Source of the DNA: Vicugna vicugna
Lineage: Eukaryota
Direction of reading: 5' to 3'
Assembly: GCA_013265495.1 (NCBI GenBank)
Contig: MU058584.1
Coordinates: 1,648,616 to 1,712,615, forward strand
DNA: 64,000 nt
Shown here: positions 1-12,014 of the stretch, one piece after another
Layout: the number at the start of each line of letters is the position of its first letter
How positions within the stretch are numbered: position 1 is the stretch's first letter
The notes under the pieces: generated by a model
Database searches by the model: none
Told to the model about the DNA's origin: nothing
Seen by the model: the letters and a program-made list of their open reading frames with translations, nothing else
Made by a program: the position numbers and the translations under genes

Positions 1-744
1 AAATGCTAAGACCAGTGAAGACGTCACAGTCTAGTTCTCGGCCCAAATCCAGTGGCAGCAGATACATAATGCATGACCGACAAGGTTTCTTTTTGCTCTT
101 CTGTCTTGGCCATTGCGCAAGCGCAAACCCCAATGGAACCAAGTAATCAAATACAGATTTGGAGTCATTACATCTTCAAGGGGAAAGTTGTTTTTCTTTT
201 TTTTTTTTTTTAATTTGGTTTGAGCAGTGCTCACAAGCTGGAGGAGCAACATAAGAAAAATCAATTAGAAATGGGAAGTTGGCTGGGATAGTAAGAAGAA
301 TTATTGTAAACTTTCATCATGACCTTAAGTTCTACTCCTGCTATTCTGTAAATGGAAGAGTTTAGAAAGAGGATTTTCCTGTCCATGCTACTTCCTGGGG
401 TCTCTCTGAAAAGCAAAACTGGAAAAAGGCATCCTGAACTTGGCTTTGTCACCGCTTCCTCGTTATGGGACTGTAGGAAAACCTCCTAACACCTCTGCAC
501 TTTCCTTCCTTTACCTGCAAAATATAAATGATATAAAACTTTCAGTGTTTTCATGGAAGCTGAATAGGATTTTACAGAAAACTGCTTTGTAACTTACAAG
601 GAACTGCACAAATGTAAATTTTTATTACTATTAAACTGGGGATGAGCTTTAAACCCTACCCCCTCAACCCTGGAAAGACATTACATGGTAACATTCTTTG
701 CATTGTTCACTTTCTGAAGAAGGAGTCCACAGCCATGCATCTGA

Positions 745-1270
745 AGATTGGGTTCACAAGAAAGTGAGGGAAACCAACTCAAACTGGCTTAAGCAAAGAA
801 ATTCCCCCCCAAAAAAGGTGGAGTAGGAAGGGGATAAAGACAATTTATAGACTCACATAACTGGGAAGTTAAGGGGTGAAGTTGGCTGGATTTATTGTTT
901 TAATAGCATCAGCTCATAATATCTCTGTCTCTCTCCCTCTGCCCACCCCGTTCACTTCCTTTTTGTCTCGTTATGTGACTGTCTCATTGTTTCTTGCTAG
1001 AGTCATGTCTTCTGTCTTCACCACACATGGGGAAGCTTGAAGCAGCACTAGGTCGACAGTCTGCAAAAGGATAAAGGAGCAGTTCTTTACTTGCAATTTA
1101 CAAAATCATTTGGAAAGACTATGGTCTGCATGTGACCCATGTCCTCCCCTTGGACCAATTAGTGGCTCCAGGGAAACGCCATTTATGATTATAGCTGTAT
1201 GCTTTCTTCTATCCCACTAGGGCCGTATGGAAATAGGGAGAATTTTCCCAAAGGAAAGGATAATGAGCAG
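745..1270 (-). mobile_element. MaLR LTR (MLT1J/K-like), decayed
   Basis: Diagnostic MLT1 motifs 'aaaccaactcaaactggcttaagcaaa...atttatagactcacataactgggaag' and 'gtgacccatgtcctccccttggaccaattag'; boundaries approximate. Confidence 0.65.
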
Positions 1271-3569
1271 GCTATTCGAAGAATGTCTACCATAGGAACT
1301 TTTATCAGATTCTCGAAGGAGTCCATGATTTTAAAGCTGTTAAAAACTGGTTCCATACTGTCACTGAGAAATGCACCTTCCTTGAGGCTGATGGAATTCA
1401 AGAAACTGAAAGTTGAGAAGGATCTTAAGACAGCATGCTATAATTACTCTTATTGTTTAAATGGGAGAACAGAAGCTAAGAAAGGCAAAGTAGTTTGACA
1501 GAAAGGCACTGTAAAAAGGAGAGTTCGTTCTTGAAATAGATCCGACTTGGTGCAGAAATCCTTCCACTTTCGTTTCCAGACTAGAAACTATAAGGAACCA
1601 TCACAGCAGTCTGAGATGATAATGCCTACAAAGTACACGGCATACTTCCGGGAACATGGGAGAAACAAAACACGTGCTGTTTTCCATTCTACTTCCCTCT
1701 CAGTTTATCACAAACTTGCTGCTTATGAGAGTCTTCAATCAGCAGTGTTACTTTGGTAGAGGTTTATTTATTCAGTCAGCTTTTTGAGCCATATTTTCAG
1801 AGATAATGTTTAGATATTCATGTTTCTTCTAACATTTTAAGCGACTTTGCCATGGGCTTTTTGCCTAAGCTCCCTCAAACATATAGGTCAGGGAGTAAGA
1901 AAGGGCTACAGATATGGAATTGTGTGCATGCAAGATAAAAGCAAGTCAGAATCCTAGCAATACGTTCTGGTCATTAGCTGTTCCCTTTCATTACAGACCT
2001 GCCAGGTAGCGTGACGCAGACCAGCCTACATTTAAAGCACAAAATCAGATAAAACAATGCGTGCTGGCTGAGTCTGCACTTACTGAGATGACATTTAAGG
2101 TTTCTGACCTGTTGTGATAGGTGAACTGGAGATGGGAACTCCAAAAACTAAGACGCTTTGTCCTTAGCTTCACTAATGCTACCAATTAAAATCCTGGCAC
2201 TTCTCACTACACCGAGAAAATTTTTTCATTCCATTTCTAACTCCCCACTTTACTTACAGAAGCCTGGGAGGTTTCAGGACCTTAAGGAGTTAACACAATT
2301 TTACAAAGCAGAGGTTACCATCAGTGGCTTCTTTCTCTAAGCTTGTAATGTTAATAACAATATTGTCAGGTGCCAAAGAAGGAGGCATGTGGTGCTTGGC
2401 TCGTGGGCCAGCCAGCAGGGACTTGTTGAAATCCAACTCCATTTTGTAAGCCAAATGAAAAACCACACGGCAGCCTCAATCGGGATTAGGAGAGTAACCA
2501 CTGAGCTATCACTTGAAATCCACCCTCTTACACGTTTGATTGAAAACAATCACTACATATTTGCTATGGACTTTGCTTTCATTATAGTCCAACCCTGATA
2601 TTTAACCAGTGTCCGCTCTTCTCTATTTGAACAAGTTGATGCAAAACCATAATGAAAAAAAAAAAGGTCCAAGAAATGTCATCACTACCATATTATCCCC
2701 TTTCTGTGAACACATTCATAATGCATTATGGTTTCAATAGAAAGATTGCTTATGATTAAAATTAATAAAGAATTAAAGCTGTATGTGTGGTGATGGCCTC
2801 CTTTAATCTGGACCAGAAAACTAGAAGTTGGGGGATGGGAAGTGGACTGTGAATTAACAATGAATATTAGACTCATTAATCATTACATAAGAGAAGATTT
2901 CGGAGTCAATTTCTCCTTTAACTAGCTCTTCAGACTGAGATAGCATCATATTTACTAAGAGAGTGGGTTTATCTCCTATATCAAGAGTAGTTAGTAATAG
3001 AGGATGGAGTCCAGGTGGAAAATACATTGATCAGGGTATTATACCTTCCAGGTGGTCAGGGACTTCCAAATCCAGCGTACTCTGAATGATCATTATTCAC
3101 CTTTTCCCAGCTAATGCATTCCATCACTTTGGTGTATCATCACTTCAAGAAGTCCTTACTCCCATTTTCCAATATGTAGCGAGAGGATAAAAAAAAACAT
3201 GATAGAGAAAAAGAATAATGAGCAAGCATGTTTATCTGGCATATGACTATAATTAATGGGTGTGATGCTCAAAAATACTTAATGGCTATTATATATGCAT
3301 TTAATGTAGTATATATTACATAAAATAGATATCACACAGCAGTATTCTCTATATAAGGGCATTGTATATAATGTCTTGTATACATATTATAGTATTATAT
3401 TACATAATCGATATACATACATATGTTATCCTTCTATATTTACACATATATTACAACCACTCAGCTCTACCCCCTGTACCACCAGTTCTCCATGCATAAA
3501 TGTAAAAAACTGTTCCAAATGCCGTCAGAGAAGCTGGTTGTATAGTTGTGAAGAATGCAGTCCTGCTAG

Positions 3570-6262
3570 AAAAACACAAACTATCAAAACTTAGTCAAGA
3601 AGAGAAAAACCATCTGAACAGACCTATAATAAGTGAAGAGATTGAATCAGTAATCTAAGAACTACCCACCAAGAAATGCCCAGGCTCAGATGACTTCACT
3701 ACTAAGCTTTCACAAGCATTAGAGAATTCATATCAATTCTCCAAAAACTCTTCCAAAAATGAAAGAAGAGGAAACGTTTTTCATTTTATTGTATGAGGCC
3801 TGTATTTTCCTGAAACCAAAGTCAGAGAAAGATATCACAAGAAAGAAAAGTACAGACCAGTATCTCTTATGAATAAAAACGCAAAAATCCTAAAATCCTA
3901 GGAAACTAAATCTAGCAATGTACAAAATAGAATTATACATCATGACTAAGTGGGATTTATCCCTAGGAATGTAAGTGTGGTTTAAAAATCTAAAAATTAA
4001 TACATCCCACCAATAGGGTAAAAAGCAAAAAACACATGATCATCTCAACAGACACACAAAATGTATGTGACAGAACCCAACATTCTTTCATGGTGAAAAA
4101 ACACTCAATAAACTGGGAAAAGAAAGGAATGTCTTTGATTGGACAAAAGACATCTATGAAAAACCCACAGCTAACATTATAGCTAATGGTGAAAGACTAA
4201 ATTAGTTCTCTCTGCTATCAAAACTAAGACAGAGCTGTCTATTCTTGCCACTTCTATTCAATATAGTACTGGGCAGGGCAATTACACCAGAGAAAGAAAC
4301 AAAAGGCATTCAGATTGAAAAGAAAGAAGTAAAATTATTTCTATTCACTGATGACACGGTATGATACATTAAAAAATTAAGTAATTTACTAAAAACTATT
4401 AGAACTAATGAACAAATTCAGCAAGGTTGCAGGATACAAGATCAATATACAAAGTCAATTTTGTTTCTATCCACTTGCAACGTACAATCTGACAATGAAA
4501 ATAACAAACAAATGCAATTTATAATAGTATCATAAAGAATAAAATACTCAGAGGAAAACTTCAAAATGTTGAAAAAAATCAAAGGAGATCTAATAATTGA
4601 GAAATAGCTCATGTTCAGGACGGGATGACTTAATATTGTTAATATGCCATTACTCCCCAAACTGATTTACAAATTCAATATAATCTTTATCAGAATCCCG
4701 GTGACTTCATAAAAACTGACAAGCTGATTCCAAAATTCCTATGAAATTGGAAGGAATCCAAAATGGTCAAAACAATATTAAAAAAGAAGAAAGCAGGAGG
4801 ACTCACACTTCTTGATTTCAAAAGTTAAGTGCAAAGCAGTTATAATCAAGGTGGTGTGATATGGCACAAAGATAGACATAAAAATAAATAGAATAAAATT
4901 GAGGTTCCAGAAATAAATCATACATATGTGGCCAGCTGACTTTAGGCAAGGATTCTGAGACCATTCAATGAGGAAAGAATGGTCTTTTTTTTTATAAATG
5001 ATGCTGGAATAACTGGATAGCAACATGAAAAACAATCAAATTGGGCCCTTACCTCACACCATATATAAAAAAAATTATTTGAAATGGATCAAAGACCTCT
5101 GTGTGAGAGTTAAAGCAAGAAAGCTCTAAGAAGAAAACACACAAGTAAATCTTAATGACCTTGGATTTGACAAAGGTTCTTAGATATGACACCAAAAGCT
5201 TAAGCAACAACAACAAAAATAGATAAAAAGGACTTTGTAAATTTTTTTTAATTGTGCTTCAAAGGACACCATCAAGAAAGTGGAAAGATTATTTGCCACA
5301 GAGTGGAAGAAAATTTTTGCAAATTATATCTCTTACAAAGATTTTGTTTCCAAAATGTAGAGAGAACTTCTACAACTCTGTAATCAAAAGATAAGCCAAT
5401 TAAAAATAGGCAAAGGGAGTTTCTATTCAATCAAGAATAGTATACAAATAGTTAATAAACATGTGAAAAGAAACTCAACACCGTTAGTCATCCGGGAAAT
5501 AAAAATCAAAACCAAAATGAGATACCATTCCACACCCACTAGGGTAGCTAGAATTTTTTAAAGTTAAATAATAACATGTTGGAAAGAATGTGGAGAAATT
5601 GGAACTCATGCTATCCTGGTGAGAAGGCACAATGGTGCAGCCACTTTGGAGAACAGTCTGACAGCTCCTTACATAATTAAACATAAAGTTACCATATGAC
5701 CCAGCAATTCTATCCTTACATATACACCCAAGAAAAATAAATACATCCACATAGAAACTTATACCTGAGTCTTTATAGAAACAATATTCATAATAAGATG
5801 AAAGATGAAAACAAAGTATCTATTAACTGATGACTGGATAAACAAAATGTGATATATCCACACAATTGAATATTATTCAGCCCTATGAAGAAATTAAGGA
5901 CTGATATAAGCCACAACTTGGATGTATCTTGAAAACATGATACTGAAGGAAAGAAGCCAGTCACCTAAACCACACCTTATGTAATTCTATTCATATGAAA
6001 TGTCCAGAATAGGAAAATTTATAGAGACAGAAAGTAGATTAATAGTTGTCTAAAACTCGGAGAGGTAGAGGGTGCAACCTTCAGGTAGAGGGTGGTGATA
6101 ACTAAAATATACAGGATTTCTTTGGGGGATGATTAAAGTGTTCTAAAATTGATTGCAGTGATAGCTGTACATATCTGTAAATACTGCAAACTGTTTAATT
6201 CTATACTTTAAATAAATCAGTTATAAGATACGTAAACTACATATTAATAAAACCGTTTTAAA
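3570..6262 (+). mobile_element. 5'-truncated LINE-1 (L1MB-like), ORF2 RT/C-terminal region plus 3' UTR, disabled
   Basis: Continuous L1 ORF2-like sequence (e.g. 'tacagaccagtatctcttatgaat', 'aaaacccacagctaacattata', 'ccatatgacccagcaattc'), L1MB-type 3' UTR ending in 'aataaaaccgttttaaa'; many stops and frameshifts. Confidence 0.92.
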
Positions 6263-6269
6263 GAAGGAG

Positions 6270-6490
6270 AACTTAGGTCCAGACTGCCTGGCTTTGAAAT
6301 CTCCTCTCTTTGTAATGTGACCTTGAGCAACTACTTAAGATTTTTGTTCCTTTATCATTAAAATGGTAAGAATAATAATGCTCGCTTCATAAGATGATTG
6401 TGATAATTCAATGATTTAATGCAAGAATACTATCTGAAATAGTGTCTGATACATATAGGTAAGTCTCATTATCAGTGTCTCATTATTACC
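6270..6490 (+). mobile_element. MIR SINE
   Basis: Core 'agactgcctggctttgaaatc...tgtgaccttgagcaactacttaa...aaaatggtaagaataataatg'. Confidence 0.8.
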
Positions 6491-6684
6491 ATTTTTATAT
6501 ACCTAGCATTTTACTTGTTTGTTTACTAACTTGTAAGCTCCTTGAGGTTAGGATCTGTGTAGTGTCATCTCTGAATTCTCAGATCAACTTCCAAATATCT
6601 CACTTATAAAAGAGAATAAATAATACATAATGTATAAAATTAGATCCGCTCCCAATAGCCAACTAATAGTAATGAGCATCCTTT

Positions 6685-6870
6685 AAAGTACAAACCAGAG
6701 TCTTAAAATACCATTATCACTAAAAGAAACCAAGACTTCTTGCAGGAACAGCAAATTCCACGTCCAAGAGAGAAATGTGTAAGATGAGCCTGGAGCACCT
6801 TTTAACATCACATAGCAAGGAAGCCATCGGAGACCGCTAGAGGACATCAAGAGGACCCAGGAGCTAACTT
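6685..6870 (+). mobile_element. L1MC-type 3' UTR fragment
   Basis: 'aaaagaaaccaagacttcttg...aagatgagcctggagcacc...agcaaggaagcc' resembles the L1MC3/4 3' UTR. Confidence 0.6.
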
Positions 6871-6875
6871 GGAAA

Positions 6876-8065
6876 GGCAGTTTCAGGTTCACAGCAAAAC
6901 TGAGTGGAAGATACAGAGATTTCCTACTTCTCCTGTGTCCCTACGCATGCGTAGTCTCTCCCATCACCAACATGCCCCGCCAGAGCGGTACATTTGTTAC
7001 AATTAATGAACCTACTGACACATCATTATCATCCAGAGTTCATAGTTTCCCTTAGGGTTCACTCTTGATGTTGTACATTCTGTGGGTTTGGGAAAATGTA
7101 TAATAACACGTATCTACCATCACAGTATCATACAGAGTAGTTTCCTTGCCCTAAAAACTTCTGTGTTCCTCACATTTGTCCCTCCATCCCTCATAACTCC
7201 TGGCAACCACTGGTCTTTTTATTGTCTCCATAGTTTTACCTTTTCCAGAAGGTCATGTAGCTGAAGTCGTAGAGTGTGTAGCCTCTTCAGACAGCCTTCT
7301 TTCACTGAGGGACATTTGTTTAAGGTCCCTCCATGTCTTTTCATGACTTGATACTGCATTTTTAAAATGCTAAATAATATTCCACTGTTGGATGTGCCAG
7401 TTTATTTATTCATTCACACACTCAAGGACATCTTGGTCGCTTACAAGTTTTGTCAACTATGAATTAAGCTGCTATAAACATCTAGGTGCAGGGTTTTGTA
7501 TGGATATACGTTTTCAACTTTTTGGGGGATAAATATAGAGGAGCAAGATTGTTGGAGTATATGGTGAAAGTATGGTTAGTTTGGTGAGAAATTGCCAAAT
7601 TTTTCCAGAGTGGCCATACCATTTTATATCCCCACCAGTACTGAGTGAAAGTTCCTGTTGCCCCACATATTCACCAGTCGCTGGTGGCGTTGGTATTCTG
7701 GCTTTGGGCCACTCTAATAGATGTGTAGTGGTACCATACTTTTTTTTCTAACGTTTTTTATCGAGTTATAGTCATTTTACAATATTGTGTCAAATTCCAG
7801 TGGGTATCACACTTTTAACTTGCAATTTTCTAATAACACATTGTGTGGACTGTATTTCATATGCTTATTCGCCATCTGTTTTATTTTCTTTGGTGACGTA
7901 TCTATAAAGGTCTGTGGCCCATTTTAAATGAGGTTTTTTTTTTATTGTTGAATTTTTTAATTTTTAAACATATTTTGGATAATAGTCCTTTACTTTATAT
8001 ATGTCTCTATGTTTGACATGTTTTCTACAAATATTTTCTCCCGGTCTGTGGGCTTGTCTTTTTTC
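6876..8065 (-). mobile_element. L1MC1/2-like 3' end
   Basis: 'gcagtttcaggttcacagcaaaactgagtggaagatacagagatttcc' followed by the antisense 3' UTR and ORF2 end; interrupted at 7744-7802. Confidence 0.85.
7744..7802 (-). mobile_element. Extremely truncated young (camelid-type) L1 3' tip with TSD
   Basis: T-tract plus 'tatcgagttatagtcattttacaatattgtgtcaaattccagtg'; flanked by ggtaccatactttt (7730-7743) and ggtatcacactttt (7803-7816). Confidence 0.75.
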
Positions 8066-8132
8066 TTTCTCTCTCCCTTTCTTTCTTTCTCTCTCCCTCT
8101 CTTTCTTTCTTTCCTACTTTTTTCTCTCTTTT
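8061..8132. repeat. CT-rich simple repeat, probably the degenerate tail of the adjacent minus-strand L1
   Basis: ttttctttctctctccctttctttctttctctctccctctctttctttctttcc. Confidence 0.8.
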
Positions 8133-9104
8133 CCGGCTTCACTGAATTATAATGAACAAGTAAAATTGTATTTATTTAAAGCTTCAACATGATTTGATAC
8201 ATGTATACATTGTGAAATGATTGCCAGATTAAGTTAATTTACATTTATCACCTCACATAGTTACCATTTTGTGTGTGTGTGTGGTGGGAACTGCTGAAGT
8301 ACTATTAAGCAGATTTCAAATATACAACACAGTATTATTAACTATAGTCATATTCCTGTAACATTGGATCCCCAGAACTTTTTCATCTTGCAACTGAAAG
8401 TTAGTATCTTATAACAAATATCTCCCCATTTCTGCCTAACCCTTACCCCTGTCAAACACCAATCTGCTCTCTGTTTTGATGAGTTAGCCTTATTCTTCAC
8501 TTTTTAGATTCACTTTTTAGATTCCACCTATAAATGATGCCATGCAGTATTTGTCTTTCTCTGCCTGGCTTATTTAATTTAGGATAATGCCTTCAAGTTC
8601 CATCCATGGTTTTTAATGGGTGAATAATGTTCCATTCTGTGTATATCTATATAATTTTCTTCATCCATTCATCCATCAGTAGACACTGGGGCTGTTTTCA
8701 TATTTTGGCTATTGTGAATAATGCTTCAAAGAACATGGGAGTGCAGATATCTTTTTTAGATAGTGGTTCTATTCTTTCAAACAGGGACCCAGAAGAGAGA
8801 TTGCTGGATCATATGGTATCTCTACCATAATTTTTGGAGGAATCTCATACTTTTTTTCTGTAACGACTTGTACCGATTTTCATTCCCACCAACAGTGCTT
8901 CGAGTTTAACTTTCCTCCATATCTTTACCAACATTTGTTATCTCTTCATTTTGCTAGTAGTCGTCTAACAGGTGTGAGGTGATATCTCCTTGTGGCTTTG
9001 GTTTTTATTTCCCTGACGTTTAGTGTTGTTGAGCATCTTTTCGTGTCCTGATTGGCCATGTGTATGTCTTCTTTGGAAAAATGTCTATTCGAGTCCCCTG
9101 GCCA
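8133..9104 (-). mobile_element. L1MA9-like 3' end (first part)
   Basis: 'atgtatacattgtgaaatgatt...cacctcacatagttaccattttgtgtgtg' antisense L1MA 3' UTR; resumes at ~11373. Confidence 0.85.
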
Positions 9105-11372
9105 TTTTTTTATTGATGTGTAGTTGGTTTACAATATTATATTAATTTCAGGTGTACAACATAGTGATTCAGTATTTTTATAGATTATATTTGATTTAAA
9201 GTTATTACAAATAATGAGCATAGTTCCCTGTATGTATAATAAGTCTTTATTGCTTATTTATTGTGTATATAGTAATTTGTGTCTCTTAATCTAATACCCC
9301 TATCTAGTCCCTTCCACTTCCCTCTCCACGCTTGTAGCCACTAGATTGTCTTCTATATCTGTGAGTCTGTTTCTGTTTTGTTATATACATTTGTTTGTTG
9401 TAATTTTTAGATTCCACATGTAAGTGATAATATAGAGTATTTGTTTTTCTCTGTCTGACTTATTTCACTCTCTAGGTCCATACACATTGTTGCAAATAGC
9501 CAAATTTCATTTTTAAGGTTGAGTAATAATATATATAACATCTTTGTCCATTCATTTGTTCATGGGCACTTAAGTTGCTTCCATGTCTTGGCTATTGTGA
9601 ATAATGGTACTATGAACATCTGGTTGTGTGAATCTTTTTGAATTAGTGTTTCGTTTTCTTCAGTGGAATTGCTGGATCATATGGTAGTTCTATTTTTAGT
9701 TTTTTGAAGAACCTCCATGCCGTTTTCCTTAGTGGCTGCACCAATTACAATCCCACCAACTGTGTACCAGATTTCCCCTTTCACCACATCCTCACCAACA
9801 TTTGTTAGTTGTAGACTTTGTGATAATAGCCATTTTGACAGGTGTGAGATAGTATCTTATTGTGGTTTTGATCTGCATTTTTTTGATAATTAGCAATGTC
9901 AAGCATTTTTCAGGTGCCTGTTGCCATCTGTATATCTGGGAGAATGTCTATTGAGGTCTTCTGTCCATTTTTTAATTGGCAGATTCTTTTAACGTTGAGT
10001 TGCATGAGCTGTTCATATATTTTGAATATTAACCCTTTGTTGGTTATATCACTTGTAAATATTTTCTCTCATTCAATAGGTTGTCTTTTTATTTTATCGA
10101 TGGTTTCCTCTGCTGTGCAAAAGCTCTTAAGTTTAATTAGGTCCCAATTGTTTACTTTTTCTTTTCCTTCCTTTTTTTTTTTTTTGCCTTAGGAGACAGA
10201 TACAAAAGAATATTGCTACAAATTATGTCAAAGATTATTTTGCCTATGTCCTCTTCTAGAAGTTTTATGGTTTAAGGTCTTATATTTAGGTCTTTAATTC
10301 ATTTTGAGGTTTTTTTTAATGATGTGAGGAAATATTTTAATCTTGTTCTTTTACATGGAGTTTCCAGTTTTCCCAGCATAACTTATTAAAGAGATTGTCT
10401 TTCTCCAGTGGTATATTTTACTTCCTTTATTGTAGATTAATTGACCACAATGTATGGGTTTATTTCTGAGTTCTCTGTTTCGTTCCATTGACTTGTGTGT
10501 TTGGTTTTGTGCCAGTATCATGTTGTTTTGATTACTGTAGCTTTGTAGTATAGTGTGAAGTCAGGGAGCATGGTACCTCCAGCTTCGATCCTTTTTCTCA
10601 CGATTGTTTTGGCAATTCAAGGCCTGCTGTGGTTCTACAAAAATTTTAGAATTGTTTGTTCTAGTTCTGTGAAAAATGTCATGGGTATTTTGACAGAGAT
10701 TGCATTGAATCTGTAGATTACTTTGGATAATGTGGTCATTTTAACAATATTAATTCTTCCAATACAAGAACACAAAATATACTTTCATTTCTTTGTATCC
10801 TTCATCAAAATTTTACAGTTTTAAGAGTATAGGTCTTTCACTTCCTTGGTTAACTTTATTTCTATGTATTTTATTCTTTTTGATGTGATCATAAATTGGA
10901 TTGTTTCTTTAATTACCCTGAGAGTTCATTATTATTGTATAGAAAAGCAACAAATTTCTATATATTAATCTTATATCCTGCAATTTTACTGAATTTGTTT
11001 ATTAGTTCAAATAGTTTTTTATGGAAACTTTAGGGTTTTCTATATGTAGTATCATATCATCTGCAATTAGTGACAGTCTTACTTCTTCTCTTCAAATTTG
11101 GATGCTTTCTTCCCCTTTTTTCTTTTTCTCATTGCTGTGGCTAGGACTTCCAATGCTACATTAAATAGAAGTGACAAGAATGGACATTCTTGACTTGCTT
11201 ATGATTTTAGAAAAAAAGCTTTTAATTTTCCCAATTGAATATAATGTTCACTTTGTTTGTCATATGCAGTCTTTGTAATAAAAATATAATATTGAGATAG
11301 ATTCCCTTTATATCAACTTTGATGAGAGTTTTTATCATGAATAGATATTGAACTTTGTCAAAAGCTTTTTCT
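9105..11372 (-). mobile_element. Younger cetartiodactyl-type L1, nested in the L1MA9-like copy
   Basis: T-tract then 'tattgatgtgtagttggtttacaatattatattaatttcaggtgtacaacatagtgattcag' and antisense ORF2; degenerate TSD cctggccatttt / cttgcccatttt. Confidence 0.88.
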
Positions 11373-11985
11373 TGCCCATTTTAAATCAGACTTTGATTTT
11401 TTGCTATTGAGTCATGTGACTTCATTGCCAAGATTAATGTAAAGTAGATTTTTCCCTATGTTTTCTTCTAGGTGTTTCATGGTTTCAGGTCTATATTTAA
11501 ATCCTTAATCCATCTTGAGTTAGTTTTTGTGAATGATGTAGCATACGGGTTCAATTTCATTCTTTTGCAAGTGGATATCCAGTTTTCCCAGCACCATTTA
11601 TTGAAAAGATTATTTTTCCCATTAAGTATTTGTGCCTTCCTTATCAAATATTAGTTGACCATACTGTTTGGGTTTTACCTCTGGGCTCTCAGTTCTGTTT
11701 CATTGGTCTATGTTTTGATTCCAGTACCGTATTGTTTTGATTACTATAGCTTTGTAGTTTGAAATCAGGAAATGTGATATCTTCAGCTTTGTTCTCTTTC
11801 AAGATTGCTTTGTGTAGTATGGGTGTTTTAAAAATATCACTTTTCAGTCCACAAACAAAAAAAAAAAGAAATTTGTCTTTCTTTGTGTCTTTAATTCTGA
11901 GAGTTATTATCATGAAAGTGTACTGAATCTTGTCAAACACTGTTCTGCATCTATTGAAATGATATTATTTTTATCCTTCATTTTA
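11373..11985 (-). mobile_element. Continuation of L1MA-like ORF2 (with internal deletions)
   Basis: Antisense ORF2; ORF 11689-11940 contains L1-like 'FDKIQYTFMI' and 'ENKAEDITFPDFK'. Confidence 0.8.
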
Positions 11986-12014
11986 CTTTCTTTGTTTTTG
12001 TATCTCATATTTAA

